DNA of 64,000 bases from an uncultured cyanobacterium (GCA_963793265.1 CAWBZI010000001.1:1312001-1376000); one strand, 5' to 3'. Positions 41,548 to 51,634 are shown, counted from the first letter of the stretch. Translations and numbers: made by a program. The notes: a model not told the origin generated them from the letters alone.

Positions 41548-42705
41548 ATGTCTGATAGTACTGTCATTCTCAACGCCCGTTTGCCCAGGCGGAAATCTTC
41601 AGATCTCTATCAGATTGTGATTGAGCAGGGGTTATTGCAGTCTGTAAAGCTGATGAGCGAGGTGCGATCGCCTTTCCTCAAATCAACGGTCATAGACGTG
41701 GCAGGCGACTGGATCTCTTCAGGCGCAGTCGATCTACAAATCAACGGAGCCTTGGGTCTAGCCTTTCCAGACTTAAGAGAAAGTCACTTCGAGCAGCTTC
41801 AGGCAATCTGCGATTTACTATGGCAGCAGGGCATCGATAGTTTTTGTCCGACGCTAGTCACCACCTCGATTGAAAACTTTCACGGCAGCCTATCTGCCAT
41901 TCACAAATTTCAGTCTCAGCAAAAAGGCGGCACCGCTAAAATACTGGGCGCACATTTAGAAGGGCCTTTTTTGAATCCAACAAAGCGCGGCGCACATCCC
42001 GCAGCGTTTTTACAACCGCTGACGCTGGATGCCGTAAAAACAGTCATTGGTGACTTTGTTGAAACCGTCAGCATCGTAACGCTAGCGCCCGAAATAGAAC
42101 AAAATAACGTTATTGAATGGCTCACACATCAAAACATCACAGTCAGCCTGGGTCATTCTTTAGCCACCGCCAAGCAGGCTACACAAGCATTTAATCAGGG
42201 CGCTACGATGGTGACTCACGCCTTTAACGCCATGCCTGGCCTGCATCACCGGGAACCTGGACTGTTGGGCGCAGCGCTCACGGATTCTCGCGTGTCCTGC
42301 GGCTTTATTGCCGACGGGCAGCACATCTGTCCGACCATGCTCAAATTGTTACTTCGCGCTGGGCGAGACAATCTGTTTCTAGTGAGTGACGCGCTCTCAC
42401 CGCTGGGCTTGCCGGACGGTAAATACCCATGGGATTCTCGTGAGATTGAGGTGATCGGTGGAACAGCAAGACTAGCGGATGGAACGCTTTCAGGAACAAC
42501 ACTGTCCTTGATAGAAGGCGCGAAGAATCTAGTGGAATGGGGAATTTGTGACGTGGGAGAGGCGATCGCACTTGTCACCCAAGCCCCCCGCAAAGCAATC
42601 GGCCTGCCCGACCTTGTGCCCAACGCACCCGCCCATCTTATCCGCTGCTGGCAGCACGACGTCCAAACCCATCAACTCAGTTGGCAGCGCCTACAAACTC
42701 TTTAA
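41548..42705 (+). CDS. nagA: N-acetylglucosamine-6-phosphate deacetylase
   Basis: DLQING, HLEGPFL..KRGAH, LGHS, THAFNAM, ADGQH. Start placed at ATG 41548 to avoid overlap with purE. Confidence 0.92.
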   Translation: MSDSTVILNARLPRRKSSDLYQIVIEQGLLQSVKLMSEVRSPFLKSTVIDVAGDWISSGAVDLQINGALGLAFPDLRESHFEQLQAICDLLWQQGIDSFCPTLVTTSIENFHGSLSAIHKFQSQQKGGTAKILGAHLEGPFLNPTKRGAHPAAFLQPLTLDAVKTVIGDFVETVSIVTLAPEIEQNNVIEWLTHQNITVSLGHSLATAKQATQAFNQGATMVTHAFNAMPGLHHREPGLLGAALTDSRVSCGFIADGQHICPTMLKLLLRAGRDNLFLVSDALSPLGLPDGKYPWDSREIEVIGGTARLADGTLSGTTLSLIEGAKNLVEWGICDVGEAIALVTQAPRKAIGLPDLVPNAPAHLIRCWQHDVQTHQLSWQRLQTL

Positions 42706-42817
42706 ATCTCCTAATGCATCTCTCATACTTGAGTAATTCGAGACTGCTACCGTCATAGGGCTAAAGCCTTGAACGAAGGTGCGAAAATCACGGCAAAAGG
42801 CACTAGGGGACAAACCG

Positions 42818-44500
42818 ATGACAGACACAGCACAGCTAACATCTGACAAATGGTGGGAAGAGAGCGTCATTTATCAGGTGTATGCGCTGACGTTTGCCGA
42901 TGGCGATGGCGACGGCACGGGGGATCTGCGCGGCATTATCGATCGGCTTGACTATCTAAACGATGGTGACCCCGACAGTAAAACTTCCTTAGGGATAGAC
43001 GCCATCTGGCTCTCACCCATCAACAAGTCTCCCATGATCGACAACGGCTATGACGTTGCTGACTACACAGACGTGTGCTCTACGTTTGGCTCGCTCGCTG
43101 ACTTTGACGAGCTAATTGAAAAGGCACATGAAAGAGGGATCAAAATCATCATGGATTTGGTGGTTAATCACTCTTCTAATCAGCACCCGTGGTTTGTTGA
43201 ATCGCGTCAAAACAGAACCAACCCTAAGGCTGACTGGTACCTGTGGGAAGAGGCCACCGGAGACAGGAAGTATCCTAACAACTGGCAGTCTTACTTTGGT
43301 GGCCCTGGCTGGGCATATTCTCCTGAGCGAGAACAGTTCTACTTTCATACTTTCAATAAAAACCAGCCTGATCTAAACTGGCAAAACCCCGAAGTCGTAG
43401 CAGCGATTCACGACATTATCCGCTTCTGGCTAGACCGTGGCGTAGATGGCTTTCGCCTGGATGCTTCTAGCGTATATAGCAAAGATATTTACTTTCGAGA
43501 TAATCCGATGAAGTATGGTTCTTCGGATAAGAACGATTACAACAACTATCATCATCTATATGACAAGAATTTGCCTGAGAATCACCAGATTTTGAAAGAG
43601 ATGCGGGCGATCGCAGACGAATACGGCAACCGCGTTATCATTGGTGAAACCTTCATCGATAGCCGACTCCACGATTCAGTCGCCTTCTACGGTGTGAATA
43701 ACGACGAGCTGCATTTACCGATTGCCTTCGAGTTTCCCTTTAGCCCCTGGTATCCAGGCTATTTACAAAGAGAGATTGAGAACAAAGAGAAAGTTACGCC
43801 TGCGGGCGCTTGCCCCACTTACTTTCTAGATAATCATGATATTCCTCGGCATATGTCGCGGTGGGTGGAGTGTAGCTTGTGTGTGAATTCGGAGGCGATC
43901 GCAAAAGCCGCTGCTACCATTCTCCTCACCCTTCGAGGCGTCCCCATGCTGTACTACGGCCAAGAGCTGGGCATGGAAGACAATGTGGATATCCCAGCCG
44001 ATAAGCTGCAAGACAAAGCGATTGTAAAAAGCGAGAGTGGTGAAACGCCGCCGCCGCGTGATGGTGCGCGTACGCCGATGCAATGGGATGCCTCTGCCCA
44101 TGCAGGCTTTAGCTTTGGTAAAGATGTAGAGCCTTGGCTACCTGTTCATGCCAATTACAAGGAGGTGAATGTTGCCTCACAGTTACAAGATCCTCAGTCG
44201 ATTTTGAACTTTTATCGGGCGCTGATTCGGGTGCGGAAGCAGAGTGTGGCGTTGAGACGAGGGGGGTGGCGATCGCTCATTCACTATCCTCAAGAGCACA
44301 TGGCCTACCTGCGAGAAGCCGAAGGTGAAACGGTACTCATCGCCATCAACTTCTTTTACGAGCAGCCCTTCACGCTAGACGTACCAATCGACAAAGAAAA
44401 CTGGACAGTACTGCTTTCCACTTCATATGAAGCCGGTAAGCAAGTAGATTTATCAGATACCCTTCAACCCTTTGAAGTCTCTATTTTGAGAAAGATATAG
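42818..44500 (+). CDS. GH13 alpha-glucosidase / oligo-1,6-glucosidase family
   Basis: DLVVNH, DGFRLDA, IGE, DNHD, YYGQELGM, RDGARTPMQW. Confidence 0.9.
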   Translation: MTDTAQLTSDKWWEESVIYQVYALTFADGDGDGTGDLRGIIDRLDYLNDGDPDSKTSLGIDAIWLSPINKSPMIDNGYDVADYTDVCSTFGSLADFDELIEKAHERGIKIIMDLVVNHSSNQHPWFVESRQNRTNPKADWYLWEEATGDRKYPNNWQSYFGGPGWAYSPEREQFYFHTFNKNQPDLNWQNPEVVAAIHDIIRFWLDRGVDGFRLDASSVYSKDIYFRDNPMKYGSSDKNDYNNYHHLYDKNLPENHQILKEMRAIADEYGNRVIIGETFIDSRLHDSVAFYGVNNDELHLPIAFEFPFSPWYPGYLQREIENKEKVTPAGACPTYFLDNHDIPRHMSRWVECSLCVNSEAIAKAAATILLTLRGVPMLYYGQELGMEDNVDIPADKLQDKAIVKSESGETPPPRDGARTPMQWDASAHAGFSFGKDVEPWLPVHANYKEVNVASQLQDPQSILNFYRALIRVRKQSVALRRGGWRSLIHYPQEHMAYLREAEGETVLIAINFFYEQPFTLDVPIDKENWTVLLSTSYEAGKQVDLSDTLQPFEVSILRKI

Positions 44501-44579
44501 CTGTATCAAAATAGGAAAACGCCAGTATTGACTTCGCCGGGCGTAGAACCTTTTAATTAGAAGAAGCTGCTATACACAG

Positions 44580-44852
44580 TCACTTAAACTGGCTGTAGTG
44601 ACTACCAATTGCATGAAGATAGACATGCTCATCATCGAAATCATACACAAGACGATCCCGTTTAGAGATTCGTCTAGCCCAAAGACCTGACAGCTCGTAC
44701 TTTAGTGGTTCTGGCTTACCTGAGCCAACGGTTGGATCGCCCCGCAGCATTTCCCCGATCTGCCTGCGCAAAACCCTATGGGCATTTTTATCTTGCTCCC
44801 GTAGTTTTTCGTAAGCTAGCCAGGTACCAGCTTTGAATACTAAATTCCTCAT
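44580..44852 (-). CDS. yoeB: YoeB/Txe family toxin
   Basis: GKPEPLKYELSGLWARRI...DRLVY...HY. Confidence 0.9.
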   Translation of the reverse strand: MRNLVFKAGTWLAYEKLREQDKNAHRVLRRQIGEMLRGDPTVGSGKPEPLKYELSGLWARRISKRDRLVYDFDDEHVYLHAIGSHYSQFK

Positions 44853-45130
44853 TCAGCATTCACTGACAAAATATCGTCTAGTTCTTGCTGAGTGGGAATG
44901 TAGCCGCCTTGAGCACCGGGCGTCTGCCGAGCCGCTCGAATTTGGCTCATTAAGTATGGATCTTGCAGTATGTAAAGCGTCTCTTGCTCGCTCTCCCAGT
45001 CATCAACACTCATCACAATAAAGTCAGTTCCGTTACGGCGAGTTACTCTTAAAGGCTCGTGGCGACTCGCTGATGACTCTACAAATGTTCTCAGATTATC
45101 GCGGAATTTGTTGACGCTAACGCTTTCCAT
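44849..45130 (-). CDS. yefM: YefM/Phd family antitoxin
   Basis: FRDNL...VTRRNG..IVMSVDDWESEQETLYIL; ATGA overlap with the toxin gene. Confidence 0.9.
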   Translation of the reverse strand: MESVSVNKFRDNLRTFVESSASRHEPLRVTRRNGTDFIVMSVDDWESEQETLYILQDPYLMSQIRAARQTPGAQGGYIPTQQELDDILSVNAE

Positions 45131-45158
45131 AGTGATGAAATACCTTATTCAATATGAC

Positions 45159-45175
45159 GTACGGTATTGCCGTAC
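45159..45175. promoter_or_regulatory. Inverted repeat, probable TA operator
   Basis: GTACGG-TATTG-CCGTAC, 29-45 bp upstream of the yefM start. Confidence 0.55.
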
Positions 45176-45393
45176 TTAAATAATAGCTTAGATAGCCAAG
45201 AAGTTTATAAACGAGAAGAGATGGTGAAGGTGATAAAGGTCACCCACAGACAGGAATTCTGATGGCTAAGATCAGAACAAGTTTTTTTGATACGGCTGCT
45301 AAAAGTTACGGATTGTCCGTAGAAGCAGCGTAGAAGAATACTATCTTGATCGGCTTAACAGTTGCATCTCTCTCAATTTCTCAAGGAATTTCT

Positions 45394-46077
45394 ATGGCTA
45401 GTAAGGTCACCCCGCTCTACGCTAAAACTCGCATTTTGTTGAACCTATGGGCGTTGGATGAAACGCCCGCTGCCAAATCTCACTTTGTACCCGGTGGTGA
45501 GGCTTACAAAGCGGCGTTAGCGGAGCTGATAAAAGACGATAGTCTTGCAGAAACACCAAAAACTAAGAAGACGAAAGTCTATTCGCTCACGGCGAGCGGG
45601 CAAGACAAGTTAGCAAAGAACTTAGCAGACGAGGCTTTTGCATTTAGCTCAAATATTGGCCCGAAAACGACTAATGCGCTCTTGAGCTGGATAAGAATCA
45701 TCAGAGCCACAGGTTCACAAAATGAGCAAATGAACCAAGCAGCGGCTCAAACCCACGCCGATAGTCAGCCCTCTACCAACGGCAAGGCTTCTCAAATTGA
45801 TTCCTACGACGAATTTACTCAAACAGCTCTAAAAACCTACGATCAGCTCAATCAGGACTACAACCTGGACGACCTAGTACCTATCTATCGAATTCGTCGG
45901 GAAATAGGCGATCGCCTCCCTCGCCAAAAATTCAATGAATGGCTATTAGAAGTGCAGGCCAACGACCTCGTGCAGCTCATGGGCAGCAACCTATCTAACG
46001 TCACCGCCGACCAAATGGAAGACTCTTTGACCATTCCTGGGGCAGGCGCTAGATTCTTTGTGAAGCGGCTATCTTAG
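45394..46077 (+). CDS. Hypothetical protein, probably winged-helix, with an RcaD-like C-terminal domain
   Basis: VYSLTASGQDKL resembles a wHTH wing; C-terminal LVPIYRIRREIG...FNEWLLEVQANDLVQL...RFF. Start placed at ATG 45394. Confidence 0.6.
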   Translation: MASKVTPLYAKTRILLNLWALDETPAAKSHFVPGGEAYKAALAELIKDDSLAETPKTKKTKVYSLTASGQDKLAKNLADEAFAFSSNIGPKTTNALLSWIRIIRATGSQNEQMNQAAAQTHADSQPSTNGKASQIDSYDEFTQTALKTYDQLNQDYNLDDLVPIYRIRREIGDRLPRQKFNEWLLEVQANDLVQLMGSNLSNVTADQMEDSLTIPGAGARFFVKRLS

Positions 46078-46124
46078 CTAGCGTTAAAGCAACAAGCCCA
46101 CCCATCCTTTCAGCTCTAAATATA

Positions 46125-48173
46125 ATGTCTGCTTCCTCAAAAAGCTCTACCGAGTCTGCTATTTTCTCTGCGCTAACCGCAAACAATCCATTTGAAAGAC
46201 CACCCGTTGTAAGAGAACAAAACATCTGGGGCGAATCTTTCCCAGACATTCCTTCCTTGAATGCAAAGGCTTCTGACAGCCTGTTTAATGCGGTAAGTCA
46301 GGTAAGGTCTGCCGACTCCGAACTAGAAAAAATTACCTCGCTTGTCTTTTTGTCCGACCGAGGCGTTGGGAAAAGCCATGTCATCAAGCGTATTCGTAGA
46401 AGACTACAGGCTAGTAGCGAAGGTATTTTTATTTACGCTAGCGCTGACAGATATGGCAACTTAGCGCTGATCAACTCTCTTTTTCAACAGTCTATTGCCG
46501 AAAGTTTGGAGCAGCAAAGCAATGACGGCGTAACGCAATGGCAAGAGATTGCAGCCTTGGTCGTGGCAGACGCCATGAGATCGGTGAATCCTGACGCCAC
46601 CGTGTTGATAGCCTCAGAACTGGTGAAAAAGTTTGACCGAGCCTATCAAAGTAAGCGATCACAGGGCAAAGACTTAGTAAGAGCCTTGGTTAGAGCTATT
46701 CAGAAGCTCGCGGTTCAAAGGCAGTGGCCTAAGACTGATAGCTATATTCTACGAGCGCTGGTCTGGACACTTTCTGAAGAACGCGGATCTTTGGCAGTGA
46801 AATGGTTAGCCGGGGAAGAACTTGGGGCCGAAGACGCCGCTGATCTACGACTACCCCTCAACAATAGAAGCGAAGGCGAAGCGAACGCTTCAGCACCCAC
46901 CGTTGTAGCCAACCTAATTTCTTTGCTTAACGAATACAAAACGGTTGTTATTTGCTTTGATGAGCTGGATACATCGGCAGTTGATGAAGACGGGCGAGAC
47001 GCACCCTACCTGATTTTGAACTTAGTTAAGCGATTGTTTGATTCGGTTAAGCAGTCATCTGGAGCCAAAGGCGTTGTGATTTTGACCTCAGTGCTGCCTG
47101 ATGCCTGGCGTCAGATCAAGCAGTTGCAGATTTCACTACAGAGAATATCTGCCTACGGCGACCCTATCAGCCTGACGTACTTGAACGAAGAAACCGCAAT
47201 AGATTTGTGCGCGCTAACGCTCGGCAGATTTTATGAGAGAAAAGGCTTAAAACCCAGAAATCCAATATATCCGTTCACCCGAGAAGAGATCGCCGCTTTT
47301 GGTAAAGGGAGGCCATCGGCTCGCGAAGCGCTAAAGTGGTTTGCCGCAAAGCTAGACGAAAAACTAAAGACCATTGAACCACCTTCTCTTTCCTATACGG
47401 AGAGGTTTGAGGTAGCTTACCAAAATGCTCTCGATCAGTTCGACATAGACGATCTCGACAATAACGAAGTAACGGCTTCTGCGCTACGGTTTTGCTTTGA
47501 GAAGATAGCAGGCATCGAGAAGACTAAAGAACAGCCGATAGAAGGCGTCGTAATTAAAAGCGTAGAAGATATTACACCTAGATCTAAGAATGATGGTCGG
47601 CTTCACTTTAAGGTACTAGGGGAAGAGGGTGGCGAGTCTGTAGTGGTTGGGCTCGGTGTCATTCAAGAGACGCACGGACTTTCAGTAGGCGCTGGCTTTA
47701 GGCGGCTGCTCGATAAGGAGACATTTGGGCTGTCGCGAGGATGTTTGGTGCGATCACGTGATCGCAAAATCAAGCGCTGTTGGGACTCTTTTGAGTACTA
47801 CCAACAGCTTATTGCCCAGGGCGGCGAATGGGTAGATCTCACCTCCGAAGAGATCAAACCACTGCTAGCGTTGCAATACGTTTACGAACACCACGAAAAG
47901 TTCGATCTCACCGTCAAACGGCTAGATTCTTTTGCCTTCACACGCAAGCTGCTCCAAAGCAATCCACTAATAAAAGAAATCTTGAGCCGCCCAGAAGGCC
48001 ACGTTGTAGAGGAGGCCCTAGAAGGTGATGAGCTTCAGCGCCTCAGCGATACCGTAGATTTGGAAACGCTTGAGACTGATTTGGCCAGCGATTTAGCCAT
48101 TGAAGACAACGATGAGAAAGCGGCTGAAGTTCGAGCCGACCTAGAAGAATTTGCTGAAGCCCTTGCCGTATGA
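46125..48173 (+). CDS. P-loop ATPase (AAA-like)
   Basis: Walker A SDRGVGKSH, Walker B VVICFDELD, PIYPF, R-E-A-L-K-W motif, acidic tail. Confidence 0.8.
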   Translation: MSASSKSSTESAIFSALTANNPFERPPVVREQNIWGESFPDIPSLNAKASDSLFNAVSQVRSADSELEKITSLVFLSDRGVGKSHVIKRIRRRLQASSEGIFIYASADRYGNLALINSLFQQSIAESLEQQSNDGVTQWQEIAALVVADAMRSVNPDATVLIASELVKKFDRAYQSKRSQGKDLVRALVRAIQKLAVQRQWPKTDSYILRALVWTLSEERGSLAVKWLAGEELGAEDAADLRLPLNNRSEGEANASAPTVVANLISLLNEYKTVVICFDELDTSAVDEDGRDAPYLILNLVKRLFDSVKQSSGAKGVVILTSVLPDAWRQIKQLQISLQRISAYGDPISLTYLNEETAIDLCALTLGRFYERKGLKPRNPIYPFTREEIAAFGKGRPSAREALKWFAAKLDEKLKTIEPPSLSYTERFEVAYQNALDQFDIDDLDNNEVTASALRFCFEKIAGIEKTKEQPIEGVVIKSVEDITPRSKNDGRLHFKVLGEEGGESVVVGLGVIQETHGLSVGAGFRRLLDKETFGLSRGCLVRSRDRKIKRCWDSFEYYQQLIAQGGEWVDLTSEEIKPLLALQYVYEHHEKFDLTVKRLDSFAFTRKLLQSNPLIKEILSRPEGHVVEEALEGDELQRLSDTVDLETLETDLASDLAIEDNDEKAAEVRADLEEFAEALAV

Positions 48174-49579
48174 CGATTCTCAACATTTCACTATGCCTAC
48201 CTGAGCTAGATGTTGCGGCGCTGTCTCAGGCGTCGCAGGGCCGTTCTATTGTGGCGATGACCCAGCGGTTTATTGTCCCTGACAAATCGTTCGCACTGCT
48301 CCCGTGTCAGCATCTAGCTGATGATTTGCAGCCCGAGGCTCTGTACCAGGATCGCGTACTCAAAGAACTAGCGCCGCTTAGGTTAGCCAGCGACGAGCCA
48401 GCAATCACAACACACTGGGCTGAGTGCGTATTTTGTCAGCAAATTGTGGATGAGGATGCGATTACAGCGCTAGGCGATCACACCATTTGGAAAACAGAAG
48501 CCCTACTGCATCACCTGCAAACCCACGGCAAGCTATTTCTCTCTTTTCTAAGGGTCTACGAACTGCCTCAAGCGATCGCAATATCAACCGCACCCGTCTG
48601 TGAGCAGCTTTATAAATTCCTACCGTTACCACAATATTTAGAAGTCAGCACTCAAGCCCCAGTTCTAGACGCTGACGAATTCACTGCTGCCAAACAAGCC
48701 GTGCTTGAACCGACAGAAAGAGCGATCGCGCCGCCTAATATCCCAGACGAACATGACATCCCAGCAGATGAAACAGACATTTTAGATGATCCTGACTGGG
48801 TATCGAAGATATCCGAAGTCGGACACTCTAGCGATGGACACACTTTTGAAAAATTAGTCAGAAAAGGACTCATAGAATTGGGATTCAGCAACTCGTCAGA
48901 GCAGTTAACCGCTAGCCTGGATCCTAAAGCAACAGGCGGCGCAGGCGGATTAGATTTTTACGCCGATTTGCCTTATAAAGTTGTCGGTGAATGTAAAGCC
49001 AGTAAGAAAAAAGTAATCAACAGCGATGCGGCTACTCAGTTGGTTAGGCTAGGACTTCAAAATCTACAGCACGACGAGTATCCGAACTGCATCAAAATAG
49101 TTGTAGCTGCAGGGAGACTAACGGCAAAAGCAAATCAAATTGCTGAGGGACATCGCATTAATATCATCCGCCCCGAAGTTATGCAACAGCTAGTAAATAG
49201 TAAGCTAACGCTCGAAAACGACTTTGATCTGTTTCAACTCAAAGGTTCTTTAGAATCAGAGCCTTTTGGCGAAGCAGCCAATCAAAAAATCAACCAATAT
49301 GTAGACTGGTGCCTCGCTGAGTGGACAGAAAGGAAGGAGTACAAACAGCTTGTTCAGCAGGCAGTCAATACATTAAAGGAACTCTCAGAGCAGCCAATCG
49401 CTTCACAATCCGAGGATTTCTCAGTCAAAGAGATTCGGGCACATCACAACGCTAAATATCAGCCAATTGTTAAAACTGCTAGAATGGCTCGAATTTTAGA
49501 AAACCAGTATATTCAGGGCAGTCTTATCAACAAAAGAACTCACACAGATGGCTCTATTGGCTACTATCTAAAGAGCTAG
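48170..49579 (+). CDS. DUF1802-like domain fused to an Mrr-like PD-(D/E)xK endonuclease
   Basis: N-terminal HTIW...FLRVYELP; C-terminal FEKLV...LGF...GGLDF...VVGECK; ATGA overlap with the ATPase gene. Confidence 0.75.
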   Translation: MTILNISLCLPELDVAALSQASQGRSIVAMTQRFIVPDKSFALLPCQHLADDLQPEALYQDRVLKELAPLRLASDEPAITTHWAECVFCQQIVDEDAITALGDHTIWKTEALLHHLQTHGKLFLSFLRVYELPQAIAISTAPVCEQLYKFLPLPQYLEVSTQAPVLDADEFTAAKQAVLEPTERAIAPPNIPDEHDIPADETDILDDPDWVSKISEVGHSSDGHTFEKLVRKGLIELGFSNSSEQLTASLDPKATGGAGGLDFYADLPYKVVGECKASKKKVINSDAATQLVRLGLQNLQHDEYPNCIKIVVAAGRLTAKANQIAEGHRINIIRPEVMQQLVNSKLTLENDFDLFQLKGSLESEPFGEAANQKINQYVDWCLAEWTERKEYKQLVQQAVNTLKELSEQPIASQSEDFSVKEIRAHHNAKYQPIVKTARMARILENQYIQGSLINKRTHTDGSIGYYLKS

Positions 49580-49640
49580 CGGTAGCGCGTTCTGCTGTTT
49601 GCCAACACGTACTATATGTAATTGCGATCGCCCCACCCCT

Positions 49641-50090
49641 ATGAAAAAGTCCTCACTCTACGAAGCCGACTTTTACGCCTGGACTCAAGAGCAGTCTAAG
49701 CTGATTGCGCTGGGAAAATGGCAGGGACTAGATGCTGCAAATCTAGTAGAGGAAATCGAATCGTTGGGCCGCAAAGAACGTCAGGAACTCAGGAATCGGC
49801 TGGGCATCTTGATCGGTCATTTGTTGAAGTGGCAGTTTCAACCCGGCCAAAAGAGTAATAGCTGGAGCAATAGCTGGCGCGGCACTATTCGCGAGCAAAG
49901 AAAACAGATTAATTTACTCATTAAAGATAGCCCTAGCCTTAAGCCATATCTAAAGGAAGCGTTGAATGATGCTTATGACTTGGGTATTTCGTTAGCCATT
50001 AAGGAAACGCAGCTATCAGAGGAAACCTTGCCAGACACCTGCCCGTATCGATTAAGTGATATTTTAGAACCTGGATTTTTACCTACTTAA
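49641..50090 (+). CDS. DUF29 family protein
   Basis: LYEADFYAW, NLVEEIESLGR, HLLKWQFQP, SPSLK, PDTCPY. Confidence 0.9.
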   Translation: MKKSSLYEADFYAWTQEQSKLIALGKWQGLDAANLVEEIESLGRKERQELRNRLGILIGHLLKWQFQPGQKSNSWSNSWRGTIREQRKQINLLIKDSPSLKPYLKEALNDAYDLGISLAIKETQLSEETLPDTCPYRLSDILEPGFLPT

Positions 50091-50167
50091 GGCGCTGCTA
50101 CGTGAGGATTAGAGAACCGTCGATATTAACGGCGTACTCTATGATTGAGGAAAGCGAGGTAACTGTT

Positions 50168-50434
50168 ATGAACCAGCAGCAGATTGAGGCGATCGCGCAA
50201 ACTATCAGCACCCTGTCCGACGAGGATAGGCAAGCATTAGAGCAGACACTACAGCAATCAAACGGTTCAGGTTCAACTGAACAAACTAACAACGCACGAG
50301 AAGTACCCGAACAAGAGACACTTAGCGACTTTTTTGAAGCGGTAAAAGCGATTCGAGTCGAAGGCGGCCCCCCAGATTGGTCGAGTAGAATAAACGACTA
50401 CTTAAACGAAGATGCTGTTTCAGAGCATGACTAA
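50168..50434 (+). CDS. Putative antitoxin of the PIN toxin
   Basis: Small acidic ORF ending GPPDWSSRINDYL; overlaps the PIN gene start. Confidence 0.6.
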   Translation: MNQQQIEAIAQTISTLSDEDRQALEQTLQQSNGSGSTEQTNNAREVPEQETLSDFFEAVKAIRVEGGPPDWSSRINDYLNEDAVSEHD

Positions 50435-50843
50435 GGTTTTTCTGGATTCGGCCTACTTGATTGCACTGGTGTCTACCTCAGACAAATTTCATTTAAAAGC
50501 GAACCAACTTTCTCGCTGGCTAATTGATAGCCAAGTCGAAATCGTGACGACCCGAGCAGTTTTATTAGAAGTCGGCAACGCCTTATCAAAAGAACGCTAT
50601 CGTCACATCGCAGTCGAACTTCTAAGCAGGATAGAGAGAAATATCAACATTGAGATTGTGCCACTGTCAGAGCGCCTGTATACAGAAGCTGTAGCGCTAT
50701 TCAAATCTCGCTCGGACAAAGAATGGGGTCTTGTTGACTGCGTGTCTTATGTCGCGATGACCGAGCAGGGCATCACTCAAGTGCTAACCTCTGATAAGCA
50801 TTTTAAGCAAATGGGATTTGAAGCAATGCTTTTAGATGATTAG
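50427..50843 (+). CDS. vapC: PIN-domain (VapC-like) toxin
   Basis: FLDSAYLIAL, E in VLLEV, WGLVDCVSY, TSDKHF. Confidence 0.88.
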   Translation: MTKVFLDSAYLIALVSTSDKFHLKANQLSRWLIDSQVEIVTTRAVLLEVGNALSKERYRHIAVELLSRIERNINIEIVPLSERLYTEAVALFKSRSDKEWGLVDCVSYVAMTEQGITQVLTSDKHFKQMGFEAMLLDD

Positions 50844-50923
50844 AGCGTAGTATTTTCGACTGTAAACGTACTAAAATCATAACCGCGCAGCCCTTTCCTA
50901 TCAGTACTGACCAACCGCCTGTT

Positions 50924-51634
50924 ATGACCAACTCCACCCTTGATGATAAAACGGTAGTCCGCGACTATTTCAACGCGACGGGCTTCGATCGCTGGAAGCG
51001 CATTTATGGCGACGGTGAAGTAAATAAGGTGCAGGTGAATATTCGCGCCGGGCACCAAAAGACGATTGATAATGTGCTCGAATGGTTCGCTGAAGATGGC
51101 GATTTGTCGCAAATGACGGTGTGCGATGCGGGGTGTGGGGTGGGGAGCCTGGCGATTCCATTAGCGAAGATGGGGGCGAAGGTGTATGCCAGCGATATTT
51201 CTGAGAAGATGGCGGGTGAGGCGGACGTGCGGGCCAAAGCTGAGCTAGCAGATGTGCTGAGCGCTGAGCAAATGCCTGAGTTTGAGGCGAAGGATTTGGA
51301 GGCGATTGAGGGCAGCTATCATACGGTGGTGTGCTTGGACGTGCTGATTCACTATCCGCAGGAGAAGGCGGACAATATGGTGAAGCACCTCAGCTCGCTG
51401 GCTACCGACCGGGTAATTATGAGCTTTGCACCGAAGACCTGCTTTTATGCCACGCTTAAAAAGGTAGGAGACTTTTTTCCGGGGCCGAGTAAGGCGACGC
51501 GGGCCTATTTGCACAGAGAGTCGGATGTGGTGAAAGCGCTGGAGGCAAATGGCTGGGTAATTGGAAGGCGATCGCTCAACAAAGCCCCCTTCTATTTCTC
51601 TCGTTTGCTCGAAGCCACCCGTCCTAGCACATAA
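50924..51634 (+). CDS. chlM: Mg-protoporphyrin IX methyltransferase
   Basis: YFNATGFDRWKRIYG, DAGCGVG, CLDVLIHYP, SFAPKT, ATRAYLH. Confidence 0.96.
   Translation: MTNSTLDDKTVVRDYFNATGFDRWKRIYGDGEVNKVQVNIRAGHQKTIDNVLEWFAEDGDLSQMTVCDAGCGVGSLAIPLAKMGAKVYASDISEKMAGEADVRAKAELADVLSAEQMPEFEAKDLEAIEGSYHTVVCLDVLIHYPQEKADNMVKHLSSLATDRVIMSFAPKTCFYATLKKVGDFFPGPSKATRAYLHRESDVVKALEANGWVIGRRSLNKAPFYFSRLLEATRPST

Noticed and set aside
45159..45175. LexA box
   Set aside because: GTAC-N9-GTAC spacing does not fit the cyanobacterial LexA consensus as I recall it (4-nt spacer).
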